Below are positions 41,619 through 53,393 of a DNA stretch of 64,000 nt, one piece after another. Position 1 is the first letter of the stretch; the number at the start of each line of letters is the position of its first letter. Source of the DNA: an uncultured Gemmatimonadaceae bacterium (GTDB lineage: Bacteria; Gemmatimonadota; Gemmatimonadetes; Gemmatimonadales; Gemmatimonadaceae); NCBI GenBank assembly GCA_963790305.1, contig CAWBOC010000008.1:86149-150148 (forward strand). Direction: 5' to 3'. The translations under genes were made by a program, and so were the position numbers. The notes under the pieces were generated by a model that searched no databases, was not told where the DNA came from, and saw nothing but the letters and a program-made list of their open reading frames with translations.

Positions 41619-43708
41619 CGCGCATCCTCGGCGCAAGCGCGGTGATGGTCGCGTTCGGCGTCGCGCATCGCCGGGATGGTGATGGCGGTCGTCGGCACTC
41701 GCCTGCGGCGCGCCGGACATCGTGCGCGGGCGCGTACGCGGCCGCGTACGTCAACTTCGGCGCTGCTCGTGCTGGCCGCGCTGGCGATGGTGTGGGCGCT
41801 CGTCACGCACGACTTCAGCGTCTCGTACGTGGCGCAGGTCGGAAGCCGCTCGACGCCGCTCTTCTACACGATCATCTCGCTCTGGGGCGCGCTCGAGGGA
41901 TCGATCCTTTTCTGGGGACTCGTGCTCGCCGGCTTCAGCGCCGCGGCGGTGTGGCGCGGAACGCGGGGCACGCACGGCGCGGCGAACGCCGACGTCGAGC
42001 GACTGATGCCGTACGCGACGGCGATTCTGCTCGGCATCGGCGCGTTCTTCTATCTGCTGCTCGTGATGCCGGCGAATCCGTTCCGCGCGGTGTGTCCCGG
42101 TGCCGGCCGACGGCCCGGGGCCGAATCCGCTGCTCCAGAATCACATTCTGATGGGCGTGCATCCGCCGCTCCTGTATCTCGGCTACGTGGGGATGTCGGT
42201 GCCGTTCGCGTTCGCGATGGGCGCGCTGATCGCCGGCGTGAAGGGCGGCGCGTGGATTCAGCTCACGCGGCGCTGGACGACGGTGGCGTGGATGTTCCTC
42301 ACGCGCGGCGATCATCGCCGGCATGTGGTGGTCGTACGAAGTGCTCGGCTGGGGCGGGTACTGGGCGTGGGATCCGGTCGAGAACGCGTCCTTTCTTCCC
42401 TGGCTCACGGCGACGGCGTTCCTCCACTCGGCGATGGTCGAGGAGCGGCGCGGGATGCTGCGCGTGTGGAACCTCAGCCTGATCATGGCGACGTTCGCGC
42501 TCACCATCCTCGGCACGTTCCTCACGCGCAGCGGCATGCTGTCGTCGGTGCACGCGTTCGCCGAAGGCGAGATCGGGTACTGGTTCCTCGGCTTCATCGC
42601 GATCGTGCTCGTCTTCTCGCTCTCGCTGGTGGCGGGGCGGAGCGATCAGCTGCGCACCGAAGGGCGTCTGGATGCGGTGGCGTCGCGCGAGACGGCGTTT
42701 CTGCTCAACAACCTGTTGTTCACGGTGTTCACCTTCACCGTGCTGTTCGGCACGCTCTTCCCGCTCGTCGCCGAGGCGGTGCGCGGGGTGAAGGTCAGCG
42801 TCGGGGAGCCGTTCTTCAACAGCATGACGCTCCCGCTGTGCATGGCGCTTCTGTTTCTCATGGGCGTCGGGCCTGCCCTGCCCTGGCGCGTGGCGCCGAC
42901 GCGATGTCGTCCGGCGCGAGCTCGCGGTGCCGGCGGCGCTGGCGGTGCTGGTCGCGCTCGCGGTCGGGTTGCTCGTCGGCGGCGGAATGGCTACGCGATC
43001 GTGACGTTCGCGTTCGGGACGTTCGCGCTCGCGGTGAACCTGCGGCAGTTCTCGATCGGTGCGCGCGCGCGAATGCGCGCGCATGGCGAAGCGGCGCCGG
43101 TGGCGCTCGCGCAGGCTCGTCGGCGGCAATCGGCGGCAGATATGGCGGATACCTCGCCCACATTGGGGCGATCATCGTCGCGGTCGCCGTCGGCGCGTCG
43201 TCGGCGTACAAGTCCGAGACCGAGGCGACGCTTCGCAAGGGCGAGACGATGTCGCTGCGCGGCCACACGATTCGGCTCGATGAGCTGTGGGGACGGCAGG
43301 AGCCGCAGCGATTCGTGCTCGGCGCCGACGTGTCGGTGCTTCGCGACGGCGAGCCCGCCGGGCGCATGGATCCGCGCCTCAACTTCTACCAGACGTCGGA
43401 GCAGCCGATCACCACGCCGGCCGTGCGCAGCCGAGCGTCGGGCGATCTCTACTTGAATCTGATGGCGTCGAGCGTGACGGATCGACGGCGACGATCCGCA
43501 TGATCGTCGAGCCGCTGGTGCCGTGGATCTGGGCCGGAGGGCTGATCATCGTGCTCGGCGCGCTGATCACCGTCGCACCGTCACGCGCGCCGCGAGCGCA
43601 GGACGTGCTCCCGTCCCGGTGCCAGCGCGGCCGCCGCTCGCTCCCGCGCCGGCGCCCGCGCGACCGCTCGTCATCGCCGATCCCGACACGCGAGGCGCAG
43701 CGCCATGA
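41615..43708 (+). CDS. ccmF: Heme lyase CcmF (many frameshifts)
   Basis: [23 protein letters not shown]...[53 protein letters not shown]. Confidence 0.94.
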
Positions 43709-44284
43709 ACTGGCGTCGCGCCGCGATCGCGACCGCGTGCGCGGTCCCCCTCGTCGCCCTGTTCGGCTACGGGATGACGCGCAATCCGCGCGACATTCCG
43801 TCGCCGTTGCCGGGCAGGCCCGCGCCTGACTTCGCGCTCGAGGTCATTCGCGCCGGCGACGGATCGGCGGGCGGCGTGGTCGCAGCCAGGCGACACGCTC
43901 CGCTTCGCCGATCTCAAGGGCGAGGTCGTCGTCGTGAACTTCTGGGCATCGTGGTGCCTGGCGTGTCGCGACGAGCACGAGGTGCTGTCGTCGGTCGCGC
44001 AGCTCGTACGCCGGTCGAGGAGTGCGCTTCGTCGGCATCCTCTACAACGATCGCCCCGCGAACGGCGTCGCAGTGGATCAAGGACATGGGCGGCCAGAGC
44101 TATGCGTCGGTGAACGATCGCGGCGCGCGCACCGCGATCGATTTCGGCGTGTACGGCGTGCCGGAGACGTTCTTCATCGGCCCCGACGGCGTCGTCGCGT
44201 ACAAGCACATCGGCCCGGTCACCGAGCGCGTGCTGCATCGAGCAGATCGAGCGAATCCGTCCGCCAACGCTCACGACGCAGTGA
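43705..44284 (+). CDS. ccmG: Thiol-disulfide oxidoreductase CcmG/DsbE (frameshifts)
   Basis: IPSPL.GRPAPDF, NFWASWCLACRDE, FGVYGVPETFFI, YKHIGPV. Confidence 0.9.
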
Positions 44285-44760
44285 ACTTCTGCGGTCTGGG
44301 CCATTCTTGCGCTCTTCGGATGGGGCCCGCGATCCACCGCTTGTAGGGGAATCCCCGGCTAGCGGCGCACTCCTGCTGCGCAAATTGGGCAAGCCTCGGA
44401 CTCGGTCCTCGACGCACGCGTGCGCGAGGTCGCGTCGGAGCTGCGCTGTCCCGTGTGCCAGGGCGAGTCGATTCAGGATTCGCCGGCGGCGCTCGCGCAG
44501 GAAATGAAAGCGATCGTGCGCGAGCAGCTCGCCGCCGGACGGACGCCTGACGAGGTGAAGAGCTACTTCGTCGAGAAGTACGGCGAGTGGATTCTGCTGC
44601 GACCGAAGGCGCGCGGCTGGAACGTGATGGTGTACGTCGCTGCCGCTGCTCGCTCTCCTGGGCGGCGCAGTCGGTGATCGCTCGAGCGACACGACGCTGG
44701 TCGACGACGGGAGACACGACGGCGGCGGAGCAGGTGCAGCAGGAGACGGCGGACACGTAG
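44281..44760 (+). CDS. ccmH: CcmH; start approximate, frameshifts
   Basis: LRCPVCQGESIQDS, FVEKYGEWILLRP. Confidence 0.88.
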
Positions 44761-44792
44761 AAGGCGAGGGATCCACGGGGGGGGCGCCGGTG

Positions 44793-46239
44793 ATGAGACA
44801 CGTGGCATCGCAATGGGTGGCATGTCTCGCCGGTGTGTTAGGCGGCCTCGGCGTTCGTCGCTTGCACCGACGTGACGTACCGTGACCGCCCCCTCTTCGA
44901 GACTCCTTCCACCGCCGCGGCGGGATTCCTCGGATTCCGCGACCGACTGCAAAACGAGACCGTCTGCGGCAACTGCCACGTCGGCCAGCAGGCCGAGTGG
45001 GAGGAGACCGCGCACGCCGACGCGTTCACGACGCTCGAGCAGAGCGGCTCCATGCAGGCGGCTCTGTCAGGGGTGTCACACGGTCAACCAGCGCGGCAAC
45101 GCATCGCCGGATTCCACCGGCGGCTGGATCGGGACGCAGGATCCTCGCTACCACGACGTGCAGTGCGAGAACTGCCACGGTCCCGGGACTGACCCACGTG
45201 CAGAACCCCGACGCCACGCAGCCGCTCGCGCCGCTTTCGGTCGGGCTCGAACCTAACGGTTGGGTGCGGCGAATGTCACAACGGCGTGCATCACCCGTTC
45301 GTCGAGGAGTGGGAGCAGTCGGGGCACTCCAACGTGCAGGCGAGTCCCGCGGGACGCGCCGAGTGTCAGGGGTGCCACACGGGACAGGCGGCGCTCCGCG
45401 CGTGGGGCGTCACCGCCGACTACCTCGAGAAGAATTCGGCGACGCATCTTCCGATCGTCTGCGGTGTCTGCCACGATCCGCACAGCAACCGCGCCAGTCG
45501 CCGGCTGCCGGCGACGCAGGACGTCGACGATCCGATTCACAACCCCGAGTCCGGCGGCCAGCTTCGCTACTCGATCGACGTGCCGAACGAGGAAGAGAAC
45601 CTGTGCATGAAGTGTCACCACAAGCGCGCACAGCCGGACATCGATCCGGCGACGCAGACGTCGCGCGGTCCGCATTCGCCGGAGGGGCCACTGCTCCTCG
45701 GCGAGAACGTGGGCTTCTGGTTCGGTGACTCGCTCGCCGACCTCGATCGCATCGTCGGCACGCACGGCACGGGGCGCAACCCGCGAGCTGTGCGCGGGCT
45801 GCCACATGCCGCGCTTCCAGGTGACCGATCCGCAGAGCGGCAACTTCGTATTCCAGGCGACCGGGCACCTGTTCCTGGCGATCCCCTGTCTGGTCAACGG
45901 CATTCCCGACCGCCGATACGACCGTGCGCGCTCACCGCCCGGACGTTCCGCAGCTGCACCGCCACGGGTTGCCACGGCGACGAGAACGCGGCCCGCTCCG
46001 TGTTCTCGACGACCCGCAACGAGGTCCTGGACGACGCCGCCGAGCTCAAGCGACTCGTGGATCAGGTGCGGGCGACGGCGATCAACGCCAACGACAAGAA
46101 GTGGACGACCGCCGAAGGCGCCGACTTCAACTACCAGCTCGCCGTCAAGAAGGGATCGTTCGTCCACAATCCCTACCTCATCAAGGAGCTGATACGCGTG
46201 AGCATCGCCGAGATGAAGGAGGAGTACGGCATACAATGA
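44793..46239 (+). CDS. Multiheme c-type cytochrome, probable lipoprotein, ~9 hemes (frameshifts)
   Basis: FVAC lipobox-like; CGNCH, CQGCH, CENCH, CGECH, CQGCH, CGVCH, CMKCH, CAGCH, CTATGCH across frames; helical C-terminus with GSFVHNP. Confidence 0.85.
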
Positions 46240-46256
46240 CGACTTGACAACCGAGG

Positions 46257-48139
46257 ATGGTCGGGCTCGCGCTCGCGATGCTCCAGGGCCGCGTGGGCGG
46301 CGCGCGGACACGTTCGCGGCGCCGCCACGCGGCCCGATGCGTCTCCGCTCGATTCGGTAACGCTCAACAACCCGCCGCTGCCGGGCGGCGTCGCCGCGAT
46401 CGCCCGGTGGTTCTTCCACGTTCCGCAGTGGATTCAGATCGGCGGCGCCATCCTCGCCGCGATCGTCGCCGTCGCGGTGCTCGTCCTCGCCTGGAAGCGC
46501 CGCGACCGGATACGCGGCTGGCTCACCACCAGGTCGCGCGGCGCCAAGATCGCGCTCGGCACCGCCGCCGCCGTCGTGCTGCTCACCGCGGCGGGATTTG
46601 GCGCGGCGACCTGGAACTACATGATGCACGACAACGACTTCTGCAGCGGTTGTCACATCATGGCGCCGTCGTTCGGCCGCTTCCAGACGAGCGAGCACAA
46701 GAACCTGAACTGCCATGACTGTCACCAGCAGCCGCTCACCGCGAGCGCGCGGCAGCTCTACCTGTGGGTGCTCGACCGGCCGGAGGAGATCGGGCCACAC
46801 GCCAAGGTACGCACGGAGGTCTGCGCCGAATGCCACATCCAGGAGCAGCCGGACAGCGTGTGGCAGCGCATCTCGGCGACGGCGGGCCATCGCCTCCACC
46901 TCGAGTCCGATTCGGCATCACTGCGCGACGTCCAGTGTGTGACCTGCCACGGTCTCACCGTGCACCAGTTCGTGCCCGCCGACTCCACCTGCGGGCAGTC
47001 GTCCTGCCATCAGGAGACGGAGATCCGGCTCGCCGGGATGCGCGACCAGACCGACTTGCACTGCACGCTCTGTCACCAGTTCACCGCCCCCGTCTCCGAG
47101 CAGACGGCTCTCGACACGTCGCGCGCGTTGCTCGTACCGCGAGAGCAGGAGTGTCTGGGGTGCCATGAGAATGCGCCAGCGACTGGCGGACTTCGATCCG
47201 GAGGCCGAGCCTCACGACGCGGTGTGCGGCACCTGTCACAATCCTCACGAGCAGGAGACGCCCGCTGCCGCGTTCGAGACGTGCGGCACATCGGGCTGCC
47301 ATGCGCGGGCCGACACGATCACTCCCTTCCACCGTGGCCTGAGAGCGGGCGTGCTCCAGGACTGCGCCAGCTGCCACAAGGCGCACAGCTGGCATGTCGA
47401 GTCCGGGCAGTGTCTCACCTGCCATCAGGGGATTCTGGAAGACCGGCCGATGCCGCGGCCACGCGCGAGCGCGGATATCGAGCCACACGGAGTGGCGCCC
47501 ATCGTCATGCGCCTGGCGCAGGCGACCCAGACACCCGCGCAGCAGCCCGTGGCGACACTCGACATCTCGCACCGCCGACATCGCAACGTGGTGTGCACCG
47601 CCTGCCATCGCAGCGGGGAGCGTCACGGCGAGATCACCGTGCGCACCGTTCGCGACTGTCAGAGCTGCCATCACGCCGCCGAGCAAAAGGCGTCCTGTGG
47701 CGCCTGCCATCAGGCAGCCGAGCTGCGCGAAGGGTTCGACATCGCGACACGATTCGCGGTGTCGGTGCGGCGCGACGCAGAGATGCGGCCGGTGCCCTTC
47801 CGTCACGCGTGGCATACCGAGGTGCAGTGCGCCACCTGCCACACGACGCCGGTCACGCTCGCGTCGACGGCCAACTGCGCTTCCTGCCACACGCAGCATC
47901 ACGTGGCGACGGCGGAGTGCCGTTTCTGCCACGTGGGCACCAAGGCCGACCACACTCGTCAGGCGCATCTGGGGTGCGCCGGATCGGGATGCCACAGCAT
48001 GCAGCAACCCGTGGCGCTTCAGGAGACGCGGAACGTCTGCCTGACCTGTCACGTGGACATGGTGAACCATCGCGCGGGCCGGGAATGCGCGGCCTGCCAC
48101 GAGGTGCGATGGCTCGCGGAGCGGCGGCCGGGGCAATGA
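46257..48139 (+). CDS. Membrane-anchored ~20-heme cytochrome with NapC/NirT-like N-terminus (frameshift ~47168; start may be 46236)
   Basis: TM helices, then HDNDFCSGCHIM...H..LNCHDCH; 7 motifs in the frame of ORF 46477 and 13 in ORF 47165..48139 (17 CX2CH + 3 CX4CH). Confidence 0.85.
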
Positions 48140-49608
48140 GGCCAACGCGCGCTGGCGCCGCGATCGTCATCGCGGTCGCGTTCGCGAGCCCAGGTGGTGC
48201 GCAGGGCGTGCGCATCACCGGCACCACGATCACTCGCTACGTCGAGATTCGTCCGCTGGTGCGGGACAGCGTGCCGCTCGATTCGACGCGTGGCACGGGG
48301 ATCGTTCGCGAGGCGGTCACTCGGGGCGTCGCGGTGCAATGCGCGCCGGGAGACTTCCATTGTCGCTACCTGCGGTCGGCGGATGAGAGTGCCTCGACAA
48401 TGTCGCTCATCCAGGATCTCGAGGCGAGCGCCTGGGGCTTTGGCGCCGGCATTCGCGCCTATGCGCATCTCCGCGGTCGTGCGTCGAACGACGCGGGCAG
48501 CGACCTCTGGCCGCAGGCCGACGATCCCATGGATGTCCTCGACGCGTATCTCGAGGTCGATCGCGGCCGACTGCGCGGGCGCGCCGGACGCCAGTGGCGA
48601 ACATCCGGACTCGGCTACTACAACTTCGACGGCCTGTCGCTGCTCGTTAGGCCGATCGAGCGGCTCAGCGTGGATGCCTACGGAGGCTGGAGCCTCGTCC
48701 GCGGGCTGAACGAGTCGCACACGAGCGGAGCCATCGCCGCGGTGGAAGGCATTCCCCCCGATGATCGCGCGCTGCTCTTCGGCGTCGAGGTGCGAGGCCG
48801 GCCCACCCCGGCGCTGTCGCTCGCGGGCACCTACCAACGCGAGTTCCGCAGCGACCAGACCGCGTTCTACTCCGACCGGGTGAGCGCGGACGCGGACCTG
48901 CGCATCGGCCGCGCGGCATCGGTGAGCGCCTCACTCGAGGCGGACCTCGCGACGGCCGAGCTCAACGAGGCACTGCTGCGCGGCCGCGTGCCGCTCCCGC
49001 GACGGATCACCCTCATCGCCGAGGCGCGGCGTCACGTTCCCTTCTTCGAGCTCTGGACGATCTGGGGCGCATTCTCGCCGATTGGCTATACCGAAGCGAA
49101 CGGGACGCTGTCGTGGAGCAATGCGCCCTCACGTCTCACCCTCCAGGCACGCGGGGGTTGGCGCCGGTACGACGAGACCGACGCCGGGCTCGCCTTTCTC
49201 CCTCTCGAGCGCACCGGGTGGCGCATGGGTGCCAATGGAACGTGGCGGGCGGCCGAGCAATGGACGGTGTTCGCCGCGACGCATGCGGAGCTTGGGTTTG
49301 GGGCCGCGCGCTCGGACGTCGATGCCGGTGTGCGGTGGGAGCCATCGCCGCGCGTGTTCGCGGGCGCCCGTGTCGCCGGCTTCCAGAGCGCCTACGAGCT
49401 GCGCGTTGGCGAAGGGCGCGTGTTCGCGTTCGGCCTCAATGGCGGGGTGCGCCTCGGCGCCGAGACGCGGATCGCCGGCGACGTCACCATGTATCGGCAT
49501 GGGTACTCCGACGGCGCCCCCTCGACCGACTGGAGCCAGACGCGCGCGTCGCTGCGCATCGAGTGGACGATCGGGCGCGACCCGGGTGAGCCGGAGGACG
49601 ACTCGTGA
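48136..49608 (+). CDS. Probable outer-membrane beta-barrel (porin of a porin-cytochrome complex)
   Basis: ATG overlaps the upstream TGA; signal peptide MRPTRAGAAIVIAVAFASPGGAQ; AYLEV, GRAGRQW, NFDG and many amphipathic strands; no CXXCH. Confidence 0.72.
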   Translation: MRPTRAGAAIVIAVAFASPGGAQGVRITGTTITRYVEIRPLVRDSVPLDSTRGTGIVREAVTRGVAVQCAPGDFHCRYLRSADESASTMSLIQDLEASAWGFGAGIRAYAHLRGRASNDAGSDLWPQADDPMDVLDAYLEVDRGRLRGRAGRQWRTSGLGYYNFDGLSLLVRPIERLSVDAYGGWSLVRGLNESHTSGAIAAVEGIPPDDRALLFGVEVRGRPTPALSLAGTYQREFRSDQTAFYSDRVSADADLRIGRAASVSASLEADLATAELNEALLRGRVPLPRRITLIAEARRHVPFFELWTIWGAFSPIGYTEANGTLSWSNAPSRLTLQARGGWRRYDETDAGLAFLPLERTGWRMGANGTWRAAEQWTVFAATHAELGFGAARSDVDAGVRWEPSPRVFAGARVAGFQSAYELRVGEGRVFAFGLNGGVRLGAETRIAGDVTMYRHGYSDGAPSTDWSQTRASLRIEWTIGRDPGEPEDDS

Positions 49609-51092
49609 GGTGGCGTCTCGGGGCGACCGTCGTCCTCGCACTCGCGGGGGCCACGGCGGGACTCGCGTTCTCGCGCAGCGATGAGGCTCGCTTTCCGCAC
49701 GCGAAACACAAGGGCCTCTTTCCGACGTGCATTGGCTGCCATGCGGGCGTGCTCGAGGAGCGTGCGGAAGAACGCTATCCGCGCCTCGAGCAATGCGCCG
49801 GCTGTCACGATGGGCGTGAGGTCGCGCGAGTCGAATGGGACGGCTCGCGGCGAGAGCCATCCAATCTTCGGTTCTCTCATGCCGAGCACAATCGGGAGGC
49901 CGACCTCGGCGTCAATGCGGCGCTCAACTGCCGGAGCTGTCACGCGCAGTCGGGTGACACGGCGTTCATGGCGGTGCAGCGGGAGCGCGCCACGTTATGC
50001 ATCGCCTGTCACGAGCATCGCGCCACGGCGCACCTCGTCGATGCGCAGTGCCGCACCTGTCATGTGACGCTGGCGCAGGCGCGTGCCCTTCCCGATTCCA
50101 CCATCGCGGCGTTTCGCAAACCTCCCTCGCACGAGCGACCCGATTTCCTCCAGGCGCACGGCGCGACGGCTGCCGAGTCGCAAGCGCGCTGCTCGGTATG
50201 CCACGCACGCGAGAGCTGCGCGCGGTGCCACGTGAACGCCGCCAACGTCCCCGCGATCGCCGCGCTCGAGAGCGATCCGCGCGTGGGGCGCCTCGTGGCG
50301 ATGCGAGGCGCATCGTATCCCGTTCCGCCAAGCCACACGCATCCCGACTTCGTCTACGCGCACGGGAGCGAGGCGCGAGCGCGCGTCCAGAGCTGCGGAA
50401 CCTGTCACACGCAGCCGAGCTGTCGCGCGTGTCATACCGGGCGCGGGGCGTCGGGCACGATCGCGAAGCTCCCACCGGCAGGGCCGGGCGCGCCGTTAGG
50501 CGTGCAGCTGCCGCGGCCGGGATCCCAACGATCGACCGGCACCGGTTCCCGCCGCGGACCGGGCAATGGGAGGAAATGGCGGTGGCGTCCATCCGGCGGG
50601 ATTCCTGGCGACGCACGGCCCGTCGAGCAGCGAGCGGCCAGCTCACCTGCGAGGGATGCCACGCGCGAAAGTTCTGCAGCGATTGCCATGGCGGCGAAGG
50701 AGAGCGTCGATTCCATCCCGCCGAACTTCGTCGTCAGGCACGCGCCCGAGGGGTACTGGCGCCAGCGCGATTGCGCGAGCTGCCACAACACCGAGGTCTT
50801 TTGCAAGGACTGTCACCAGGCGAACGGCGCCGCCGCGACCGGCCGCCGCGACGTGGCCTTCCACAACGCCCAACCACTCTGGCTTCTTCAGCACGGACAG
50901 GCAGCGCGACAAGGACTCGAGAGCTGTGCCGGCTGCCACGCGCAGCGCGATTGCATGCAGTGCCACTCGACGCTGGGATGGGGGATCAGCCCGCACGGGC
51001 CCGGCTTCGACCCGAGCCGCATGTCGAGCAAGAACAACCAGACCTGCGGGTACTGCCACGTCGGTGGTGCGCCGCCGTCGTCGCGCGAGTGA
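49605..51092 (+). CDS. Periplasmic ~16-heme cytochrome c (c3-like; compensating frameshifts ~50520-50715)
   Basis: Signal peptide; FPHAKH, FSHAEH; 14 CXXCH in the main frame plus CEGCH and CSDCH in the frame of ORF 49997. Confidence 0.87.
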   Translation: MRWRLGATVVLALAGATAGLAFSRSDEARFPHAKHKGLFPTCIGCHAGVLEERAEERYPRLEQCAGCHDGREVARVEWDGSRREPSNLRFSHAEHNREADLGVNAALNCRSCHAQSGDTAFMAVQRERATLCIACHEHRATAHLVDAQCRTCHVTLAQARALPDSTIAAFRKPPSHERPDFLQAHGATAAESQARCSVCHARESCARCHVNAANVPAIAALESDPRVGRLVAMRGASYPVPPSHTHPDFVYAHGSEARARVQSCGTCHTQPSCRACHTGRGASGTIAKLPPAGPGAPLGVQLPRPGSQRSTGTGSRRGPGNGRKWRWRPSGGIPGDARPVEQRAASSPARDATRESSAAIAMAAKESVDSIPPNFVVRHAPEGYWRQRDCASCHNTEVFCKDCHQANGAAATGRRDVAFHNAQPLWLLQHGQAARQGLESCAGCHAQRDCMQCHSTLGWGISPHGPGFDPSRMSSKNNQTCGYCHVGGAPPSSRE

Positions 51093-51095
51093 ACT

Positions 51096-51221
51096 GGCGT
51101 CAGGAGTCAGGAGGCAGGGATCAGGGGGTGTCAGGGTGAAGGTTGCCGGAGAACCGCGTACATTCTCCTGACACCCTCGACCCTGGAACCCCCTGATCCC
51201 TGACTCCTGACTCCTGACCCC
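51096..51221. repeat. Heptamer-armed MITE/REP-like element, copy 2
   Basis: (GTCAGGR)n-GGGGGTGTCAGGG core CCCCCTGATC-(CCTGACT)n-CCTGACCCC then TA. Confidence 0.9.
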
Positions 51222-51241
51222 TAGTCACTCCGGAGCTCACA

Positions 51242-53200
51242 ATGCGCCTCAAAGCGCTCGCAGTCTCGCTCGTCTTCGCGTCGTCCGCGCTACCCGTCCT
51301 CGCGCAGCGCACTCCCCCAAGCCCGGAGCTCGAGGCGCTCCGCGCTCGACGCGATTCCCTCGAGCGTGAGCTCCAGTCGGTGGCGATCGTCGAGCGAAAG
51401 CTCATGATCCCAATGCGCGATGGCGTGCGCATGCAGTTCGACGTCTACCGTCCGAAGAACAGTGCCGCGCCGGTGCCCACGATCTTCGTGCGCACCCCGT
51501 ACAACATGAATTTCTGGGACGTCACCAACGGGGCGCCCGCGGACATGACCGCGCAGCTCACGGCGGTGAAGCGCGGATACGCCTACGTGGGCGCCAACGA
51601 GCGCGGGCATTTCTTCTCCGAAGGGAGCTACGACATCCTCGGTCCGCCGATCACCGATGGCGTCGACGAGATCAACTGGATTGCGTCGCAGCCATGGTCC
51701 AACGGCAAGGTCGGCCTCATCGGCTGCTCCTCGACCGCGGAGTGGCAGATGGCCGTCGCTGCTCAGGCGCCGAAGGGATTGGGGACGATCATCCCGCAGG
51801 GGTTCGGCGCCGGCGTCGGACGAGTGAAGCCGTATTACGAGCAGGGCAACTGGTATCGCGGCGGCGCGGTGCAGATGCTCTTCATCGACTGGATCTTCGG
51901 TCAGCAGAACCAGGTGAGGCCGATGTTCCCCGCCGGTACATCACGCGAAGACCTGATCCGCGCCGCCAAGTCCTTCGATCTCGCGCAGCGCCTGCCGCCC
52001 GTCGATTGGGCGAAGGCGTTCTGGCACCTTCCGACGCAGGACCTGATCAAGGCACTCGATGGGCCGCGCGGCATCTTCGCCGACTCGATGCCCGGCATCG
52101 CCACCGGCGGCGCGATGATCAAGCGGACACCTAACGACTCGGCCTGGTATCGCGGCGGGCTCTTTCACGACGACATGAAGATCAACGTCCCCGGACTGTG
52201 GTTCATGTCGTGGTACGACGTGAGCGTGGGGCCGAATCTCGCGACCTTCAACCATGTGCGGCGCACCGCCGACCCGGCCGTCGCCGAGCAGCAGTACGCG
52301 TTCATCGCGCCAACGCTCCACTGCGCGTATCGTCGCGCGACGGAGAATACGGTCGTTGGCGAGCGGAGCATGGGCGACGCGCGCTACGACTACGACGCGC
52401 TCACCTACGGGTGGTTCGACCACTTCCTCAAGGGAGACGCGAACGGTCTGCTCGACACGATGCCGAAGGTCCGCTACTACACGATGGGCATCAACAAGTG
52501 GAACTCCAGCGACACGTGGCCGCCGCGCGGCGCCCAGCCGATGACGTTCTACCTGTCGAGCAACGGGCGCGCGAACAGCCGCAGCGGCGATGGCAAGCTC
52601 ACGCTGCAGCCGCCATCCAGAAACCGCCCCGACAACTTCACCTATGATCCAATGCGGCCCGTGCCCTCACTCGGCGGCAACGTCTGCTGTCAGGCGAACG
52701 CACTCGTCGGCGGCTCGATGGATCAGCAGAAGCTCGAGGATCGCCCGGACATTCTCGTCTACTCGTCCGAGCCCCTCACCGAGGGGCTGGAGGTGAGCGG
52801 TCCAATCGAGGTCGTCGTGTACGTCTCCTCCGATCGCAAGGACACGGACATCACCGTCAAGCTCGTCGACGTCTACCCCGATGGTCGGGCCTACAATCTC
52901 GACGAGACGATTCAGCGGCTGCGCTACCGGGATGGTTACGACAAGCAGGTATTCATGGAGCCCGGGAAGACGTACAAGGTCACGCTGCAGCCGATGACGA
53001 CGAGCAACTACTTCGACGTCGGCCATCGCATCCGCATCGAGATCTCGAGCTCGAACTTTCCCCGCTTCGACCGCAACCTGAACACCGGCGGAAAGAACTA
53101 CGACGAGACGACGGGCCTGGTGGCCCACAATACGGTGCACCATTCGCGGCAGTACCCGTCGAGCGTCACGGTCTCGGTGGTGAGGAGGCCGCTGCCCTGA
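51242..53200 (+). CDS. CocE/NonD family secreted serine hydrolase
   Basis: PMRDGVR, RTPYN, WSNGKVG, nucleophile [29 protein letters not shown]. Confidence 0.95.
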   Translation: MRLKALAVSLVFASSALPVLAQRTPPSPELEALRARRDSLERELQSVAIVERKLMIPMRDGVRMQFDVYRPKNSAAPVPTIFVRTPYNMNFWDVTNGAPADMTAQLTAVKRGYAYVGANERGHFFSEGSYDILGPPITDGVDEINWIASQPWSNGKVGLIGCSSTAEWQMAVAAQAPKGLGTIIPQGFGAGVGRVKPYYEQGNWYRGGAVQMLFIDWIFGQQNQVRPMFPAGTSREDLIRAAKSFDLAQRLPPVDWAKAFWHLPTQDLIKALDGPRGIFADSMPGIATGGAMIKRTPNDSAWYRGGLFHDDMKINVPGLWFMSWYDVSVGPNLATFNHVRRTADPAVAEQQYAFIAPTLHCAYRRATENTVVGERSMGDARYDYDALTYGWFDHFLKGDANGLLDTMPKVRYYTMGINKWNSSDTWPPRGAQPMTFYLSSNGRANSRSGDGKLTLQPPSRNRPDNFTYDPMRPVPSLGGNVCCQANALVGGSMDQQKLEDRPDILVYSSEPLTEGLEVSGPIEVVVYVSSDRKDTDITVKLVDVYPDGRAYNLDETIQRLRYRDGYDKQVFMEPGKTYKVTLQPMTTSNYFDVGHRIRIEISSSNFPRFDRNLNTGGKNYDETTGLVAHNTVHHSRQYPSSVTVSVVRRPLP

Positions 53201-53201
53201 A

Positions 53202-53329
53202 GGGGTCAGGAGTCAGGAGTCAGGGGTCAGGGGGTGTCAGGGTAAAGAGGTGCAGGGATGCGCGTGCCGTTCTCTCCTGCAACCTTCTCCCTGACACCCC
53301 CTGATCCCTGATCCCTGACTCCTGACCCC
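53202..53329. repeat. Heptamer-armed MITE/REP-like element, copy 3
   Basis: GGGGTCAGGAGTCAGG... core GCCGTTCTCTCCTG ...CCTGACCCC then TA. Confidence 0.92.
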
Positions 53330-53393
53330 TAGGTTCTCCGACAGACCTCCCCTCCGCACCGCATAGAATAGGAAGTGCGGGCTCAACAGGGGA

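Noticed and set aside
17907..47200. nosZ, nirK, ccm and multiheme genes as true pseudogenes
   Set aside because: Single-base indels come in patches, catalytic motifs are intact, and essential genes (accD, folC) show the same damage. This fits low-coverage long-read error.
46477..49608. 1043-aa cytochrome-porin fusion ORF
   Set aside because: The middle third is out-of-frame junk; the heme motifs continue in ORF 47165..48139, and the barrel has its own ATG and signal peptide at 48136.
51720..51735. GCSS instead of GxSY in the CocE/NonD hydrolase as a sign of inactivation
   Set aside because: The nucleophile Ser is retained and the gene is otherwise intact; probably a subfamily variant.
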